Below are positions 48,795-61,872 of a DNA stretch of 64,000 nucleotides, piece by piece. The notes beneath the pieces are model-generated. The model was not told the origin of the DNA and ran no database searches. It was given only the letters and a program-made list of their open reading frames with translations. This DNA comes from Pseudothermotoga sp. (GTDB lineage: Bacteria; Thermotogota; Thermotogae; Thermotogales; DSM-5069). The translations under genes were made by a program, and so were the position numbers. How positions within the stretch are numbered: position 1 is the stretch's first letter; the number at the start of each line of letters is the position of its first letter. Where the stretch lies: the NCBI GenBank assembly GCA_031962025.1, contig JAVRKW010000002.1; one strand, 5' to 3'.

Positions 48795-49631
48795 ATGAGA
48801 AAGTTTTTGTTTATGCTTGTGCTGGTTACTGCCGTTTTGATTTACGGCGAAACTCTGGTGATCAAAGGATCAAACACCGTTTATCCCATTGCGCAGTTGT
48901 GGATCGAACAATTTCAGAAAATGTATCCCAACGTTACAGCAACACTCGAAGGTGCCGGGTCCAGTACAGGGATCTCTGCACTGCTGAATGGAACTTGCGA
49001 TATTGCAAATTCGAGCAGGTTCCTCAAAACCGCAGAAGTTGAACAAATGCACAAAGCCAACAAATATTTTGTTCCAGTAATCATTGCGTACGACGGCATA
49101 GCCGTGATTGTAAATCCAAACCTTGGCATTGATTCAATATCAATCGAAACACTTTACAAAATCTACACAGGACAAATAACCGAGTGGAATCAGGTTGATC
49201 CCAAATTACCAAAAAGACCCATCGTCGCATATTCAAGGAATACGGCTTCCGGGACCTTTGAAGTATGGCTTGAGAAGGTTTTAAAAGGGGACAAGCTCTC
49301 ACCAAGAGTTCAGATGCTGGAATCTTCACAGGCTGAGATAGAAAGTGTTGCGAAAAATCAATATGCGATCGCATATACGGGAATGGGATATGTGACAAAC
49401 CAGGTGAGAGCATTGAAAGTAAATGGAATTGATCCAACAGTTGAAAATGTTTTGAATGGCAAGTACCCGCTGAGTAGACCGTTGTTTGTGTTCTTCGACT
49501 TGAGCAGATTTGGCAATATCTGGCCCGAAGGCAATATCATCGCCGATTACATAAGATTCATACTCTCCCCCGAGGGACAAAAACTCGTTGAAAAAGCTGG
49601 TTATATACCGGCTTACGGGACGGCAAGATGA
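48795..49631 (+). CDS. pstS: Phosphate ABC transporter substrate-binding protein
   Basis: KGSNTV, GAGSSTGI, DIANSSR, RNTASGT, YPLSRPL. Confidence 0.92.
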   Translation: MRKFLFMLVLVTAVLIYGETLVIKGSNTVYPIAQLWIEQFQKMYPNVTATLEGAGSSTGISALLNGTCDIANSSRFLKTAEVEQMHKANKYFVPVIIAYDGIAVIVNPNLGIDSISIETLYKIYTGQITEWNQVDPKLPKRPIVAYSRNTASGTFEVWLEKVLKGDKLSPRVQMLESSQAEIESVAKNQYAIAYTGMGYVTNQVRALKVNGIDPTVENVLNGKYPLSRPLFVFFDLSRFGNIWPEGNIIADYIRFILSPEGQKLVEKAGYIPAYGTAR

Positions 49632-50497
49632 TGAAAAAGATAAGTGCTTGGCTTTTCAATTTCATCGTTTTCACAGCTGCCACACTGGTGGTGGCTGCAC
49701 TTTTTGGTATAGTTTTCTTTCTGTTTTTTGAATCCATCAGAGCCATCAAAGAAGTGGGATGGGGTCTTTTCTCATCAGAGTGGTTCCCGGTGTGGAAAGA
49801 ACCAGAATTCGGCATAAGGACTATGCTGTTAAATTCGCTCATTCTGACCTCATGGACGAGTTTCATCGTTTTTGTGATCGGTATTACAGTTGCTCTTTAC
49901 CTGCACAGTTACGCAAACGGGAAAGAAAAAAAATTCATGCTCAGGGTATTCGAGTACATGAGTGGTATCCCGTCTGTTGTGTTGGGATTTTTTGGTGTCG
50001 TGATCGTAGCACCAGTACTGCTCAAAGCTGGTGCTTGGACCGGACAAAATTTTTTCAACGCCTCTTTCATGCTCTGCGTCCTGACACTGCCGTTTATGAT
50101 AAGCCTATCCTATCAATCCTTGGAAAAAGTACCAGAAGAAATTTCTCAAGCCGCTGTCTCAATAGGTGCAAAACAGTTCTCTGTGATGATGGTTGAAATA
50201 AGATACGCAATGCCAGCAATAGTGAATGCGGCGATGAGCGTTTTCAACAGGATTTTTGGTGAAACCATGATTGTCCTGATGGTCGCTGGTGGAAGCAATC
50301 TACTAATGAAGTCATTTTTTAACCCGATCAGACCATTGACAGCAGCGCTGGGAAGTGAACTGGGTGAAGTAGAAGTGAAAAGTCTGCATTACAGTGCGCT
50401 GTTTTTCATAGGATTCTTACTGCTGACTCTTTCTTTAGTCATAACGGTGCTGACAAATTACATCGTGAGATGGCGCGAGAAATGGATAAGGAGATGA
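49628..50497 (+). CDS. pstC: Phosphate ABC transporter permease
   Basis: GIPSVVLGFFG, RIFGETM. Confidence 0.88.
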   Translation: MMKKISAWLFNFIVFTAATLVVAALFGIVFFLFFESIRAIKEVGWGLFSSEWFPVWKEPEFGIRTMLLNSLILTSWTSFIVFVIGITVALYLHSYANGKEKKFMLRVFEYMSGIPSVVLGFFGVVIVAPVLLKAGAWTGQNFFNASFMLCVLTLPFMISLSYQSLEKVPEEISQAAVSIGAKQFSVMMVEIRYAMPAIVNAAMSVFNRIFGETMIVLMVAGGSNLLMKSFFNPIRPLTAALGSELGEVEVKSLHYSALFFIGFLLLTLSLVITVLTNYIVRWREKWIRR

Positions 50498-50501
50498 TCA
50501 A

Positions 50502-51305
50502 ATGAAATGGCTTTTTAGACTCATAAGCTACAGTGTTTTGATTCTAATGTTAGTAATTATCTTGCTCATAGTCCTTCCAGGTATGAGATTTCTGTTTCAA
50601 CCAGGTTTTTTCACGCAATTTCCAAAATCTTCTATGACAGAAGGTGGTGTATTTCCTGCCATCGTCGGTTCACTACTTTTGATGCTTTTAGTTTTTATCA
50701 TAGTGACACCACTTGGTCTACTCGGAGCCATTTTCATCGCCGAATTTGCAAGCAAAAGATTATCTATTATTCTTCAATCTCTTGCTGGAACGATGAACAG
50801 CATCCCGTCAATAGTGTATGGACTGTTTGGTCTGAGCTTTTTCTGTGTAAGCCTTGGGTTTAGGACCTCGTTGATATCTGCATCACTCACTCTGTCAACA
50901 ATGGCAATACCTTTCTTTATAAACAGTGCCGTCGAGTTTCTCCGGGCGGTACCTAAAGAGCTTCGTGAAGGGGTAATAGCGCTCGGTGCCAGTAGATTTC
51001 AAACAACTCTGATGGTAATCAAATCAAGCAAGAATGGCATTTTAACGACGTTGATGTTGACTCTTGGTAGGGCTTTCAGCGAGACAGCTCCTATATTGAT
51101 CACAGGTGCTGTTTTCTACGCAACCAAACTCCCGACAAGACTGACCGATCCAATCATGACTTTACCCACGAGTATTTACGCAATAGTCATGAATCTGGGA
51201 GAAAGATCTCAGTGGATGGCACGCGGAATGGCGAGTTTGATGACTCTGGTCATGATCCTGATCTATTCCGTTGTGCAGGTTTTGAGGGGGCGAAAAGATG
51301 GATGA
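50502..51305 (+). CDS. pstA: Phosphate ABC transporter permease
   Basis: GGVFPAIVGS, IPSIVYGLFG, RAFSETAP. Confidence 0.88.
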   Translation: MKWLFRLISYSVLILMLVIILLIVLPGMRFLFQPGFFTQFPKSSMTEGGVFPAIVGSLLLMLLVFIIVTPLGLLGAIFIAEFASKRLSIILQSLAGTMNSIPSIVYGLFGLSFFCVSLGFRTSLISASLTLSTMAIPFFINSAVEFLRAVPKELREGVIALGASRFQTTLMVIKSSKNGILTTLMLTLGRAFSETAPILITGAVFYATKLPTRLTDPIMTLPTSIYAIVMNLGERSQWMARGMASLMTLVMILIYSVVQVLRGRKDG

Positions 51306-52053
51306 AATCATTTTTGAGATAAAAGATCTATGCGCATACTATGGTACCCACAGGGTGCTTGATCATATCAACGTGAAAATAAAATCGAAAAAGATAACTG
51401 CCATCATGGGTCCTTCTGGATGTGGCAAAAGTACTCTTTTGAGGTCTTTGAACAGGCTCAATGACCTGATAGAGGATTTTTCCATCACAGGGCAGATACT
51501 GTACAAAAGTCAGGATATTTACACAATCAAAGATCTGAGTACGTATCGTCGCAAAGTAACAATGGTATTTCAAAAACCCAATCCATTTCCGATGTCGATC
51601 TTTGACAATGTCGCATATGGATTGAAATTAATGGGAATTAAAGACAGAGATGTGCTCAAAAGGAAAGTTGAAGACGCTTTGAAAAAAGCCGCACTCTGGG
51701 ATGAAGTCAAAGACAAATTGAAAAAACCCGCAGTTCAGCTATCAGGTGGTCAGCAACAAAGACTGTGCATAGCAAGGGCACTTGCCATAGAGCCAGAGGT
51801 CATCCTGCTTGATGAACCAACGTCAGCCCTCGATCCAATCGCCACCACCAGAATAGAAAGATTGCTCGAGACATTGGCTGAGCAGTACACAGTTATCATA
51901 GTAACACACAGCATGGGACAGGCTCTGAGAGTAAGTGATGAGTTGATTTTTCTTTATCAGGGACGTTTGATAGAATACGGTATGACATCCGATGTGGTTA
52001 AGGCTCCAAATCACGAGATGACCAGACAATTTTTAACAGGGAAAATTGGTTAA
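51298..52053 (+). CDS. pstB: Phosphate ABC transporter ATPase
   Basis: [34 protein letters not shown]. Confidence 0.95.
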   Translation: MDEIIFEIKDLCAYYGTHRVLDHINVKIKSKKITAIMGPSGCGKSTLLRSLNRLNDLIEDFSITGQILYKSQDIYTIKDLSTYRRKVTMVFQKPNPFPMSIFDNVAYGLKLMGIKDRDVLKRKVEDALKKAALWDEVKDKLKKPAVQLSGGQQQRLCIARALAIEPEVILLDEPTSALDPIATTRIERLLETLAEQYTVIIVTHSMGQALRVSDELIFLYQGRLIEYGMTSDVVKAPNHEMTRQFLTGKIG

Positions 52054-52066
52054 AGGAGAGATATTG

Positions 52067-52777
52067 ATGACCCAAAGAACTCTTCATTATGAGAAAGAGA
52101 TAAATTTTTTGAACGATAAACTCAGGGAATTTTTGAATGGTGTTGAGCATCTGTTTGAAAAAACACTATTTGCAATTCAATCAGGTGACGAAAATCTGAT
52201 AAACGATATAGAATCAATGGACGATTATTTCGATTCGCTTGACCTTGAAATCCAGACGACGGCTTTTGACATCATTGGAAAATTTCAACCACTCGCAGAT
52301 GATTTGAGATTTGTCGTTGCGATGATAGGATTATCGATTGATCTTGAAAGGATTGCAGACGAATGTGTCAACATCGCACAGCTCAGCAGACATGTTCAAA
52401 GAGGAATAGAAAGTTTCACATCCTGGAAGACACTGAATGAGATGATCAAAATAATTCTGGTCATGTTCAAAGAAACCATACAAGCCGTTGAACACAGAGA
52501 TCTTGATCTTGCAATCAAAGTGTGGAAAAAAGACGATGATGTTGATTCTTTGCACAACACTGGTCATGAAAACCTTATAGACCTCGCGTGTAAAGAAACA
52601 AATCCAAAGATGATGAGATTGTACTTAGAGGAAGCCTTCCTGATAAGACACTTTGAAAGAATAGCAGATCACCTAACAAATATTTGTGAAAAACTCTATT
52701 TCATGAGCACCGGAAAACAACTAAAAGAACTTCTGAAAAAGCCAAAAGCATCGACTGGCCACGGTTTGTCTGTTTAA
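52067..52777 (+). CDS. phoU: Phosphate signalling protein
   Basis: QPLADDLR, DLERIADE, DDDVD, ERIADH. Confidence 0.92.
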   Translation: MTQRTLHYEKEINFLNDKLREFLNGVEHLFEKTLFAIQSGDENLINDIESMDDYFDSLDLEIQTTAFDIIGKFQPLADDLRFVVAMIGLSIDLERIADECVNIAQLSRHVQRGIESFTSWKTLNEMIKIILVMFKETIQAVEHRDLDLAIKVWKKDDDVDSLHNTGHENLIDLACKETNPKMMRLYLEEAFLIRHFERIADHLTNICEKLYFMSTGKQLKELLKKPKASTGHGLSV

Positions 52778-52920
52778 CACACATTTTGCAAGAAGTCTCC
52801 ATCTTCTACAAGATGAAGATGAATTGTGATTGATAAATAAGTGGATGGTAGTTCACTTTATTCTGCTATTAACTGTGGTATAATACAGCTCAAGAAAACT
52901 CTTATCAGGGAGGGAAGGGT

Positions 52921-54429
52921 ATGAAGAGGTATTTCGTGCTGTTGTTTGTTTTGTTGGTCGTTGTAGCGTTTTCTGCACAATTCATTGTGGTCGGTACCAC
53001 AGACAAAATTCGAACACTTGATCCTGCCAATTGTTATGATTATTTCTCCAGCAACATTCTTCAAAATATCCTGGCTGGACCTGTGGATTACAAATTGGGA
53101 ACAGCCGAGATCACACCGTGGTTATTTGAAAACTGGAGCGTTTCAGATGACGGGCTCACTTACACTTTTTCCATCAGGAAAGGAGCGATGTTTGAGGACG
53201 GTACACCAATCGACGCAGAAGTGTTCAAATGGTCATGGGAACGTGTACTCAGGCTGAATGGAGATCCTGCATTTTTACTGGGAGATGTCATTGATAAAAT
53301 CCAAGTGGTTGACCAGTACACATTAAAAGTGACGCTCAAATACAAATTTTCAGCCTTTGTTTCAGTGCTTGGTTATACCGTCGCCTTCCCGGTTAATCCA
53401 AAAACTACTCCGGAGAATCAATTCTTAGATGGAGTGCCACAGGCTTCAGGTCCTTACAGAGTTACAGAATGGCAGAGAGATGTCAGAATAGTCCTTGAAG
53501 CCAATCCAAAATATTTCGGACCCGCTCCAAAAACTCCAAAAATAATCATTCAATTCTTCGAAAACTCCGCACAACTGAGAATGGCTCTTGAAACAGGACA
53601 AATAGATATCGCATACAGGCACATGGATCCAAGAGATATTCTCGATCTGAAGAATATGGAATCACAGCTTGGGATAAAAGTTTATTTAGGAACAAGTCCT
53701 CAGATTCGCTACCTGGTTATAAATGTTAAACAGCAACCCTTTGACAACGTTTACGTGAGACAGGCATTGTCTTATGCCGTTGACAGAGATGTGATTACAA
53801 AAACTGTCTTCTCCGATCTGGCAAAACCTCTGTATTCCATGATTCCAATGGGATGGTGGAGCCACATCGATGCCATGCCGAAACGCGATATAAACATGGC
53901 AGTTGAACTGTTGAAAAAAGCAGGTTATTCTTCTTCAAAACCCTTGCAGATTGATCTATGGTATACACCTTCGCATTATGGCTCCACGGAAGCCGATGTC
54001 GCACAGCTTTTGAAAAGATCCCTTGAGGAGACAAAAGCGATAAAAGTGAATATCAAATACGCCGAATGGTCAACGTATGTTGAATACTTTTTGAACGGAA
54101 CCATGGGGTTGTTCCTGCTTGGATGGTACCCAGACTATCTAGATCCGGATGACTATGTCTGGCCATTCTTGAGCGAGAGTGGAGCCAAATCACTTGGCAG
54201 TTTTTACAGCAACATGGAAGTTGAAAATCTGATGATGCAAGCGCGCGGGATTGAATCAACACAAGAAAGATCAAAGCTCTATGAACAGGTTCAGAAAATC
54301 TTAGCCCAGGATGTTCCATACATACCACTCTGGCAGGGTTTTGCAGATTGTGAGGCAAAGGCAAACATATCCGGTATAATCCTTGAACCCACACAGATAT
54401 TCAGATACTATGTACTTGAGAAAAAATAA
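52921..54429 (+). CDS. Peptide/nickel-family ABC substrate-binding protein (family 5)
   Basis: Signal peptide; TLDPA, WSVSDDGLTYTF, SGPY, VRQAL, GWYPDYLDPD. Confidence 0.9.
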   Translation: MKRYFVLLFVLLVVVAFSAQFIVVGTTDKIRTLDPANCYDYFSSNILQNILAGPVDYKLGTAEITPWLFENWSVSDDGLTYTFSIRKGAMFEDGTPIDAEVFKWSWERVLRLNGDPAFLLGDVIDKIQVVDQYTLKVTLKYKFSAFVSVLGYTVAFPVNPKTTPENQFLDGVPQASGPYRVTEWQRDVRIVLEANPKYFGPAPKTPKIIIQFFENSAQLRMALETGQIDIAYRHMDPRDILDLKNMESQLGIKVYLGTSPQIRYLVINVKQQPFDNVYVRQALSYAVDRDVITKTVFSDLAKPLYSMIPMGWWSHIDAMPKRDINMAVELLKKAGYSSSKPLQIDLWYTPSHYGSTEADVAQLLKRSLEETKAIKVNIKYAEWSTYVEYFLNGTMGLFLLGWYPDYLDPDDYVWPFLSESGAKSLGSFYSNMEVENLMMQARGIESTQERSKLYEQVQKILAQDVPYIPLWQGFADCEAKANISGIILEPTQIFRYYVLEKK

Positions 54430-54446
54430 CCTCTTCTTTGACCTAT

Positions 54447-54473
54447 AAAGCCCGCCTGTGTGCGGGCTTTTTT
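54447..54473 (+). terminator. Hairpin/terminator after the binding-protein gene
   Basis: AAAGCCCGC-CTGTGT-GCGGGCTTTTTT. Confidence 0.7.
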
Positions 54474-54495
54474 GCAGAGCTGTGAGGTGATTGCT

Positions 54496-55503
54496 TTGTC
54501 ATTGAAAAGTTATATAATAACAAGGATAATTCTTGCCCTTCCAATGGTTTTCATCTTGCTTGCCGTTATATTTTTTATTCTCAGAATCATACCCGGAGAT
54601 CCTGTGCTTGCTATCCTGGGCGGTAAAGCTCCCATCGAAGTCATCCAGCAAAAACGCCACGAATTGGGTCTGGATAAGCCCGTTTTAATTCAGTTTTTCG
54701 ACTATCTCAAAGCAGTTGTGACCGGTAATCTCGGTACATCCACACTCACCAACAGACCTGTTCTTGAAGAACTCAAAGATCGTTTTCCAGCAACCTTGGA
54801 GCTCACGATCTTTTCTTTTTTAATAGCTCTCCTGATCGGGTTATTCTGGGGAGCAGAAAGTGCCTGGAGAAAAGATGAGGCATTGGACATCACGGCAAGG
54901 GTTTATTCGCTACTACTGTATGCGATACCCGTCTTCTGGCTTGGTCTGATTCTGCAACTGGTGTTCGCTTCCTATTTAAGATGGCTCCCTGTTGGTGGAA
55001 GAATCTCTGCCACAGCCGAATTCAAGATTGTCACAGGACTCTACATTCTGGACGCCATTCTCTCAAGAGACTGGCATGGACTGGTCGACGTTCTTCGCTA
55101 TTTAACACTGCCAAGCATAACACTGGGTATGGTCATCTCCAGTGTATTTTTACGGATGGTCCGCAACAACACCGTTTTGATGTTATCAAAAGATTTTGTG
55201 AAAGCTGCCAGAGCAAGAGGCTTGAGAAAGAGGATAGTTCTTTATGGGCACGCTGTGAGAAATGCCTTTGTCCCGATATTCACGATCATGGGTATGGAAT
55301 TTGCCATATTGCTCGCAGGTGCTATTCTAACAGAAACGACTTTCTCCTGGCCTGGTATAGGCAGTTACCTGGTTATGAAAATACGTTACAGAGATTTTCC
55401 TGCAATTCAGGGCACCATAGTCTTCTTCGCATTATTCATAGTGGTGATAAGCATCATCATAGATATAGTGAATGCGCTGGTTGATCCAAGAGTCAGGTAT
55501 TGA
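54496..55503 (+). CDS. Peptide ABC permease (DppB-like)
   Basis: IPGDP, GLDKP, FPATLEL, ARARGL, TETTFSWPGIG, DPRVRY. Confidence 0.9.
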   Translation: MSLKSYIITRIILALPMVFILLAVIFFILRIIPGDPVLAILGGKAPIEVIQQKRHELGLDKPVLIQFFDYLKAVVTGNLGTSTLTNRPVLEELKDRFPATLELTIFSFLIALLIGLFWGAESAWRKDEALDITARVYSLLLYAIPVFWLGLILQLVFASYLRWLPVGGRISATAEFKIVTGLYILDAILSRDWHGLVDVLRYLTLPSITLGMVISSVFLRMVRNNTVLMLSKDFVKAARARGLRKRIVLYGHAVRNAFVPIFTIMGMEFAILLAGAILTETTFSWPGIGSYLVMKIRYRDFPAIQGTIVFFALFIVVISIIIDIVNALVDPRVRY

Positions 55504-55514
55504 GGGGTGGTCAG

Positions 55515-56393
55515 GTGGTTAAAAGCAGGACCTTTCTGAGCGAAAAAATAGGTGAATTCATAAAAGATTTAACAGGTTCTGGAACCGGCAGATTGACAAT
55601 CGTTGGCTCTTGCATTCTCATTTTTTTCATCATTTTAGCCATCTTTGCGCCATACATAGCGCCGTATGATCCAACAGAAAAGGTTGGTCTGTCTCTGGAA
55701 CCACCTTCGAAACAATTCTGGTTTGGAACGGATAATTTGGGAAGGGACATATTGAGCAGAGTCATATATGGCTCAAGAATAGCTTTGAGTATTTCTTTTA
55801 TGGGAGTTGCAATAGCCTTTGCCGTAGGTGTCCCGCTGGGATTGATTTCCGGATACCTGGGTGGATGGATTGACAGGATCTTAACTCTGATAATGGACGC
55901 AATGTACATTTTTCCCGGACTGGTTCTTGCCATAGCTATCGCTGCCGTTCTGGGACCGGGTGTGATAAACATATCACTTTCAATTGCCGTTGTTTATGCA
56001 CCTACATATTTCAGAATCATCAGAAATCAGGTGACATCAATCAAAAGTGAACTCTACGTGGAAGCTGCCAAGGCTCTTGGTGCCAAAAACTGGGAAATAC
56101 TTGTCAGGTATATCTTTCCGAATGTTCTGCCGTCTGTTGTTGTCGTTCTATCGATGAATCTTGCGGATGCACTCATGACAGAAGCCGGTTTGTCCTTTCT
56201 GGGACTTGGCATAGCTCCTCCGACTCCGGACTGGGGATTTGATTTGAGCAGCGGACAGAGATTTGTCCTGAGCAGAGCCTGGTGGGGAATAATGTTTCCC
56301 GGACTTGCAATTGTTTGTGCGGCTCTTGGCTTTTCCATGTTCAGCGAAGGAATTAACGAGCTGCTGAATCCAACAATTCGCGAAAGAAGGTGA
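55515..56393 (+). CDS. Peptide ABC permease (DppC-like)
   Basis: FGTDNLGRD, YVEAAKALGA, LSFLGLG, PDWG. Confidence 0.9.
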   Translation: MVKSRTFLSEKIGEFIKDLTGSGTGRLTIVGSCILIFFIILAIFAPYIAPYDPTEKVGLSLEPPSKQFWFGTDNLGRDILSRVIYGSRIALSISFMGVAIAFAVGVPLGLISGYLGGWIDRILTLIMDAMYIFPGLVLAIAIAAVLGPGVINISLSIAVVYAPTYFRIIRNQVTSIKSELYVEAAKALGAKNWEILVRYIFPNVLPSVVVVLSMNLADALMTEAGLSFLGLGIAPPTPDWGFDLSSGQRFVLSRAWWGIMFPGLAIVCAALGFSMFSEGINELLNPTIRERR

Positions 56394-56399
56394 TAAAAC

Positions 56400-57368
56400 A
56401 TGAGCCACAGCGAAGAAGAAACTGTACTGAAAGCTGAAAACCTCAAAATACATTATCACACCCAAAAAGGATACGTAAGAGCCGTCGACGGTATAGACCT
56501 TGCACTGAAAAAAGGCAAAACGATAGGTATTGTTGGAGAATCCGGATGCGGAAAGTCCACTTTTGGCCAGGGTATACTGAAACTGCTACCTGCGAAAACG
56601 AAATATGAAGGCAAATTATCAGTTGGAAAAATCGATGTAATTCCATTGAACGAAAAAGAGATGAAAAAAGTACGTGGAAAAGTTGTGGGAATGATTTTTC
56701 AAGACCCAATGACATCTCTCAATCCAGTGGTAAAAGTCGAAAAATTGTTCTACGAAACACTCAAAGAGCACGAACCGGATATATCTTTTGACACAGCACG
56801 GGAAAGAACAGCGAAAATCTTAGAAAAAGTCGGCATCGAACCAGAGAGAATGCGAGAATATCCATTTCAATTCAGCGGTGGAATGCGTCAGAGGGTCATG
56901 ATAGCTCTCGCACTTGTTTTGAATCCAGACATAATAATCGCAGATGAGCCCACAACATCGCTCGATGTGATCGTTCAGGCGCAAATTCTGGAACTCTTAG
57001 ATGAACTCAGGCAAAGCTACAATACCTCTATCATACTGATCACACACGATCTTGGAGTAGTCGCCCAGATGGCTGACATAATAGCTGTCATGTATGCTGG
57101 ACAGATAGTAGAACAAAACATCAAAAGCAAAATTTACTACGAGCCGAAACATCCATACACAAAATTACTTTTAAAAAGCATCCCAAATACCAATCCAAAA
57201 GATCTTCAACTCAATTTCATTGCAGGATCACCTCCATCGTTGCTCAATGTACCGCAAGGATGTCGTTTTGCCAGTAGATGTCCGTTCAAGATGACTATCT
57301 GCGAAAAAGATCCACCCATCTTTAATGTGGACGAAGGACAGGTTAAGTGCTGGCTGTATCGCTCTTGA
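56400..57368 (+). CDS. Peptide ABC ATPase (DppD-like)
   Basis: [33 protein letters not shown]. Confidence 0.92.
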   Translation: MSHSEEETVLKAENLKIHYHTQKGYVRAVDGIDLALKKGKTIGIVGESGCGKSTFGQGILKLLPAKTKYEGKLSVGKIDVIPLNEKEMKKVRGKVVGMIFQDPMTSLNPVVKVEKLFYETLKEHEPDISFDTARERTAKILEKVGIEPERMREYPFQFSGGMRQRVMIALALVLNPDIIIADEPTTSLDVIVQAQILELLDELRQSYNTSIILITHDLGVVAQMADIIAVMYAGQIVEQNIKSKIYYEPKHPYTKLLLKSIPNTNPKDLQLNFIAGSPPSLLNVPQGCRFASRCPFKMTICEKDPPIFNVDEGQVKCWLYRS

Positions 57369-57381
57369 AGGAGTGAGAAAA

Positions 57382-58374
57382 GTGAGTTTGCTGCGCGTCT
57401 CGAAATTGAAAAAATATTTCGCCGTTAAAAGAAGTGTGGGAGAAGTACTGATGAGAATTCCGCAGAAATTTGTCAAAGCCGTCGATGGTATTTCTTTTGA
57501 GATAGAACAGGGGGAAACCTTTGGGTTAGTGGGAGAATCGGGAAGCGGGAAAACCACAACAGGCAGGCTTGTGCTCAAGTTGATAGAGCCAACTGAAGGA
57601 ACCATAGAATTTGATGGAGTTGATATCACCAAACTAACCAGCAACGAGATAAGACCGCTTAGAAAGAAAATGCAGATAATCTTTCAAGATCCCATGGCTG
57701 CTTTAAATCCATATATGAAAATAGGAGATGCCATCAAACACGGTTTGGAAATACACAACATTGGAAAAAGCGAACAGGAAAGAAGAAAAATGGTTTTTGA
57801 AATGCTTGAAAAAGTCAATCTTCAACCGGAAATTTATTCTCGTTACCCTCATGAACTTTCCGGTGGTCAGAGACAGCGGGTGGTGATAGCCCGAGCATTG
57901 ATTCTAAAACCAAAATTCGTTGTCGCCGATGAAGCACTTGCCATGCTCGATGTCTCTGTGAGATCGCAGTTATTAAAGCTCCTGATCGATCTGAAAAAAG
58001 AAATGAATTTGACATTTTTGTTCATAACTCACGACCTTGCAACCACCAAATACATCTGCAACAAGATAGGAGTAATGTACCTTGGAAAATTCGTCGAAAT
58101 AGGTACATATAACCACATCTACGAATCTCCCATGCATCCGTACACCAAGGCTCTAATATCAGCCATTCCAGAACCAGATCCAGAGATCATGAGTTCAAAA
58201 AAAAGATTCATTCCCCAGGGAGAAGTCCCAAATCCGATCAATCCACCAAATGGTTGCAGGTTTCACCCAAGATGTCCTTTTTCGATGGATATCTGTAGTT
58301 CAGTTGAACCACAGCTTGTTAAAATGAAAGATGGCAGAATGATCGCATGCCATCTGTATCAATCTGACATGTGA
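57382..58374 (+). CDS. Peptide ABC ATPase (DppF-like)
   Basis: [28 protein letters not shown]. Confidence 0.92.
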   Translation: MSLLRVSKLKKYFAVKRSVGEVLMRIPQKFVKAVDGISFEIEQGETFGLVGESGSGKTTTGRLVLKLIEPTEGTIEFDGVDITKLTSNEIRPLRKKMQIIFQDPMAALNPYMKIGDAIKHGLEIHNIGKSEQERRKMVFEMLEKVNLQPEIYSRYPHELSGGQRQRVVIARALILKPKFVVADEALAMLDVSVRSQLLKLLIDLKKEMNLTFLFITHDLATTKYICNKIGVMYLGKFVEIGTYNHIYESPMHPYTKALISAIPEPDPEIMSSKKRFIPQGEVPNPINPPNGCRFHPRCPFSMDICSSVEPQLVKMKDGRMIACHLYQSDM

Positions 58375-58426
58375 ACTACCATCCACCTAAAGAGGTAATG
58401 GAGTCTTCTTGCTTATTTTTTTTGAT

Positions 58427-58460
58427 AAAAAAAGAGGCTGCTTTAAAGCAGCCTCTTTAA
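58427..58460. terminator. rRNA operon terminator
   Basis: AAAGAGGCTGC-TTTAAA-GCAGCCTCTTT with an A-run giving a U-tract on the minus strand. Confidence 0.85.
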
Positions 58461-58461
58461 A

Positions 58462-58583
58462 TCCCCGGGCACTACCTACTCTCACATGGAGTCGCCTCCA
58501 TACTACCATCGGCCCAGAACGGCTTAACGGCCGGGTTCGGAATGGGACCGGGTGTTTCCCGTTCTGGTATCGGCACCCGAGGA
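58462..58583 (-). rRNA. rrf: 5S rRNA
   Basis: Reverse complement contains CCCATTCCGAAC and GAGAGTAGGTAG 5S motifs with pairing ends. Confidence 0.93.
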
Positions 58584-59253
58584 AACCTCGAAGAATCACT
58601 GGAAACTGCATAGGAAGCTACAAGGTCAAGGCCTCGGCCTATTAGTACCGGTTGGCTCAACACCTTGCGGTGCTTACACCACCAGCCTATCAAGGTCCTG
58701 TTCTCGGACCGGCCTTACTCCCTTAACGGGATGGGAGGTCTAATCTTGGGACGTGCTTCCCGCTTAGATGCCTTCAGCGGTTATCACTCATGGGCATAGC
58801 TACCCGGCGTATGCCCCTGGCAGGACAGCCGGTACACCAGAGGCCCACTCTCCCCGGTCCTCTCGTACAAGGGGAGACCTCCCGCAAACCTCCTACGCCT
58901 GCGGCCGATAGGGACCGACCTGTCTTACGACGGTCTGAACCCAGCTCACGTACCCCTTTAATAGGCGGACAGCCTAACCCTTGGGACCTGCTTCAGCCCC
59001 AGGATGGGATGAGCCGACATCGAGGTGCCGATCCTCGCCGTCGATGTGAACTCTCGGGCGAGACTAGCCTGTTATCCCCGGGGTAACTTTTGTCCGTTGT
59101 CGACGACCCTTCCACTCGGAAGTCGTCGGGTCACTAGGACCGACTTTCGTCTCTGCTCGACCCGTCGGTCTCACAGTCAGGCCGGCTTATGCCCTTGCAC
59201 TCGTCGGTGGATTTCCAACCCACCTGAGCCGACCTTCGCGCGCCTCCGTTACA

Positions 59254-59299
<46 letters not shown>

Positions 59300-59607
59300 C
59301 CCAACCTGCTCTTCACAGGTTCAGGTTAGAATTCCGACACACCGAGGGTGGTATCCCACCGACGGCTCCCCCGACCCTGACGAGCCGGGTTCACAGCCTC
59401 CCACCTATCCTGTACACGATGTGTCAGAATCCAATACCAGGCTACAGTAAAGCTCCACGGGGTCTTTCCGTCTAGCCGCAGGATGAGGGCATCTTCACCC
59501 CCGTTGAAATTTCACCGGGTCCCCCGCCGAGACAGTGCCCCAGTCGTTACGCCATTCATGCAGGCCAGAACTTACCTGGCAAGGTATTTCGCTACCTTAG
59601 GACCGTT

Positions 59608-60415
<808 letters not shown>

Positions 60416-60439
60416 GTTTGGAGCTACGCCTTGCGGCCT

Positions 60440-60481
<42 letters not shown>

Positions 60482-61841
60482 CCTATACATCCTCTTTACG
60501 AGTTTGCAGAGGCCTGTGTTTTTGGTAAACAGTCGCCAGGGCCTTGTCACTGCGACCGCTTCGGGCTCCCTCAGTTTCCAGGTTGCCCTTTCCCCTGAGT
60601 TCACCCTACTGCGGCACCCCTTCTCCCGAAGTTACGGGGTTAATTTGCCGAGTTCCTTGGCGAGGGTTGTCCCGCGCCCCTTAGCTTTCTCAGCTTGCCC
60701 ACCTGTGTCGGTTTACGGAACGGGCACCTGCAATCTCAAACGGTACGCGAGGTTTTTCTTGGCAGCGTGGGGTCGGCGCCGTTGGACCCTCACGGGCCCT
60801 TCCCATCACGGCTCAGACTCCGGGTGCGGATTTACCTACACCCATCAACGCCCTAACCGCTTGGAAGGGAATGCCACTTACCCTCGGCGCTTACCCTTCT
60901 GCGTCACCCCTCATACCTCGATTGCAGATGGTGCTGGAATATTAACCAGCTTCCCTTCGGCTATCCCTTTCGGGTTCACCTTAGGGTACCGACTAACCCT
61001 GGGAGGACGACCCTTCCCCAGGTACCCTTGGGCATTCGGGGGGAGAGATTCTCACTCTCCTCTCGCATACTCATGTCCGCATTCTCACTTCCGCCTCGTC
61101 CAGTAGCCCTCGCGGGTCTACCTTCACCCTACAGCGGAAAGCTCCCCTACCGCCTGTACCTCGTCGGTACAGACCCATGGCTTCGGGGGATGGCTTGAGC
61201 CCCGTTACATCTTTGGCGCAGTACACCTCGACTGGTGAGCTGTTACGCACTCTTTAAAGGATGGCTGCTTCTAAGCCAACCTCCCAGTTGTCTGGGGTGC
61301 ACCACATCCTTTCCCACTTAGCCATCTCTCCGGGCCCTTAGCCGATGGTCTGGGCTGTTTCCCTTTTGTCCATGGAGCTTATCCCCCACAGACTTCCTCC
61401 CGAGCTTTATGTGCAGGGATTCGGAGTTTGACAGGGTTCGGAGGTTACCCCCCTAGCCCTATCAGTGCTCTACCCCCTGCACAGACCACTCGAGGCCGCA
61501 CCTCAATGCGTTTCGGGGAGAACCAGCTATCACCGAGTTCGGTTAGCTTTTCACTCCTACCCCCAGGTCATCCGAGGATTTTTCACTATCCATCGGTTCG
61601 GACCTCCAGTGGGGTTTAGCCCACCTTCATCCTGCCCAGGGGTAGCTCACCCGGCTTCGGGTCTGCCGCCAGTGACTTGCGCCCTATTCGGACTCGCTTT
61701 CGCTGCGGCTACGCCTCTATCGGCTTAACCTTGCCACTGACGGCAACTCGCGGACTCATTAATCAAAAGGCACGCCGTCACCCTTGCGGGCTCCGACTTA
61801 GTGTAGGCATGCGGTTTCAGGTTCTATTTCACTCCCCTCCC

Positions 61842-61872
<31 letters not shown>
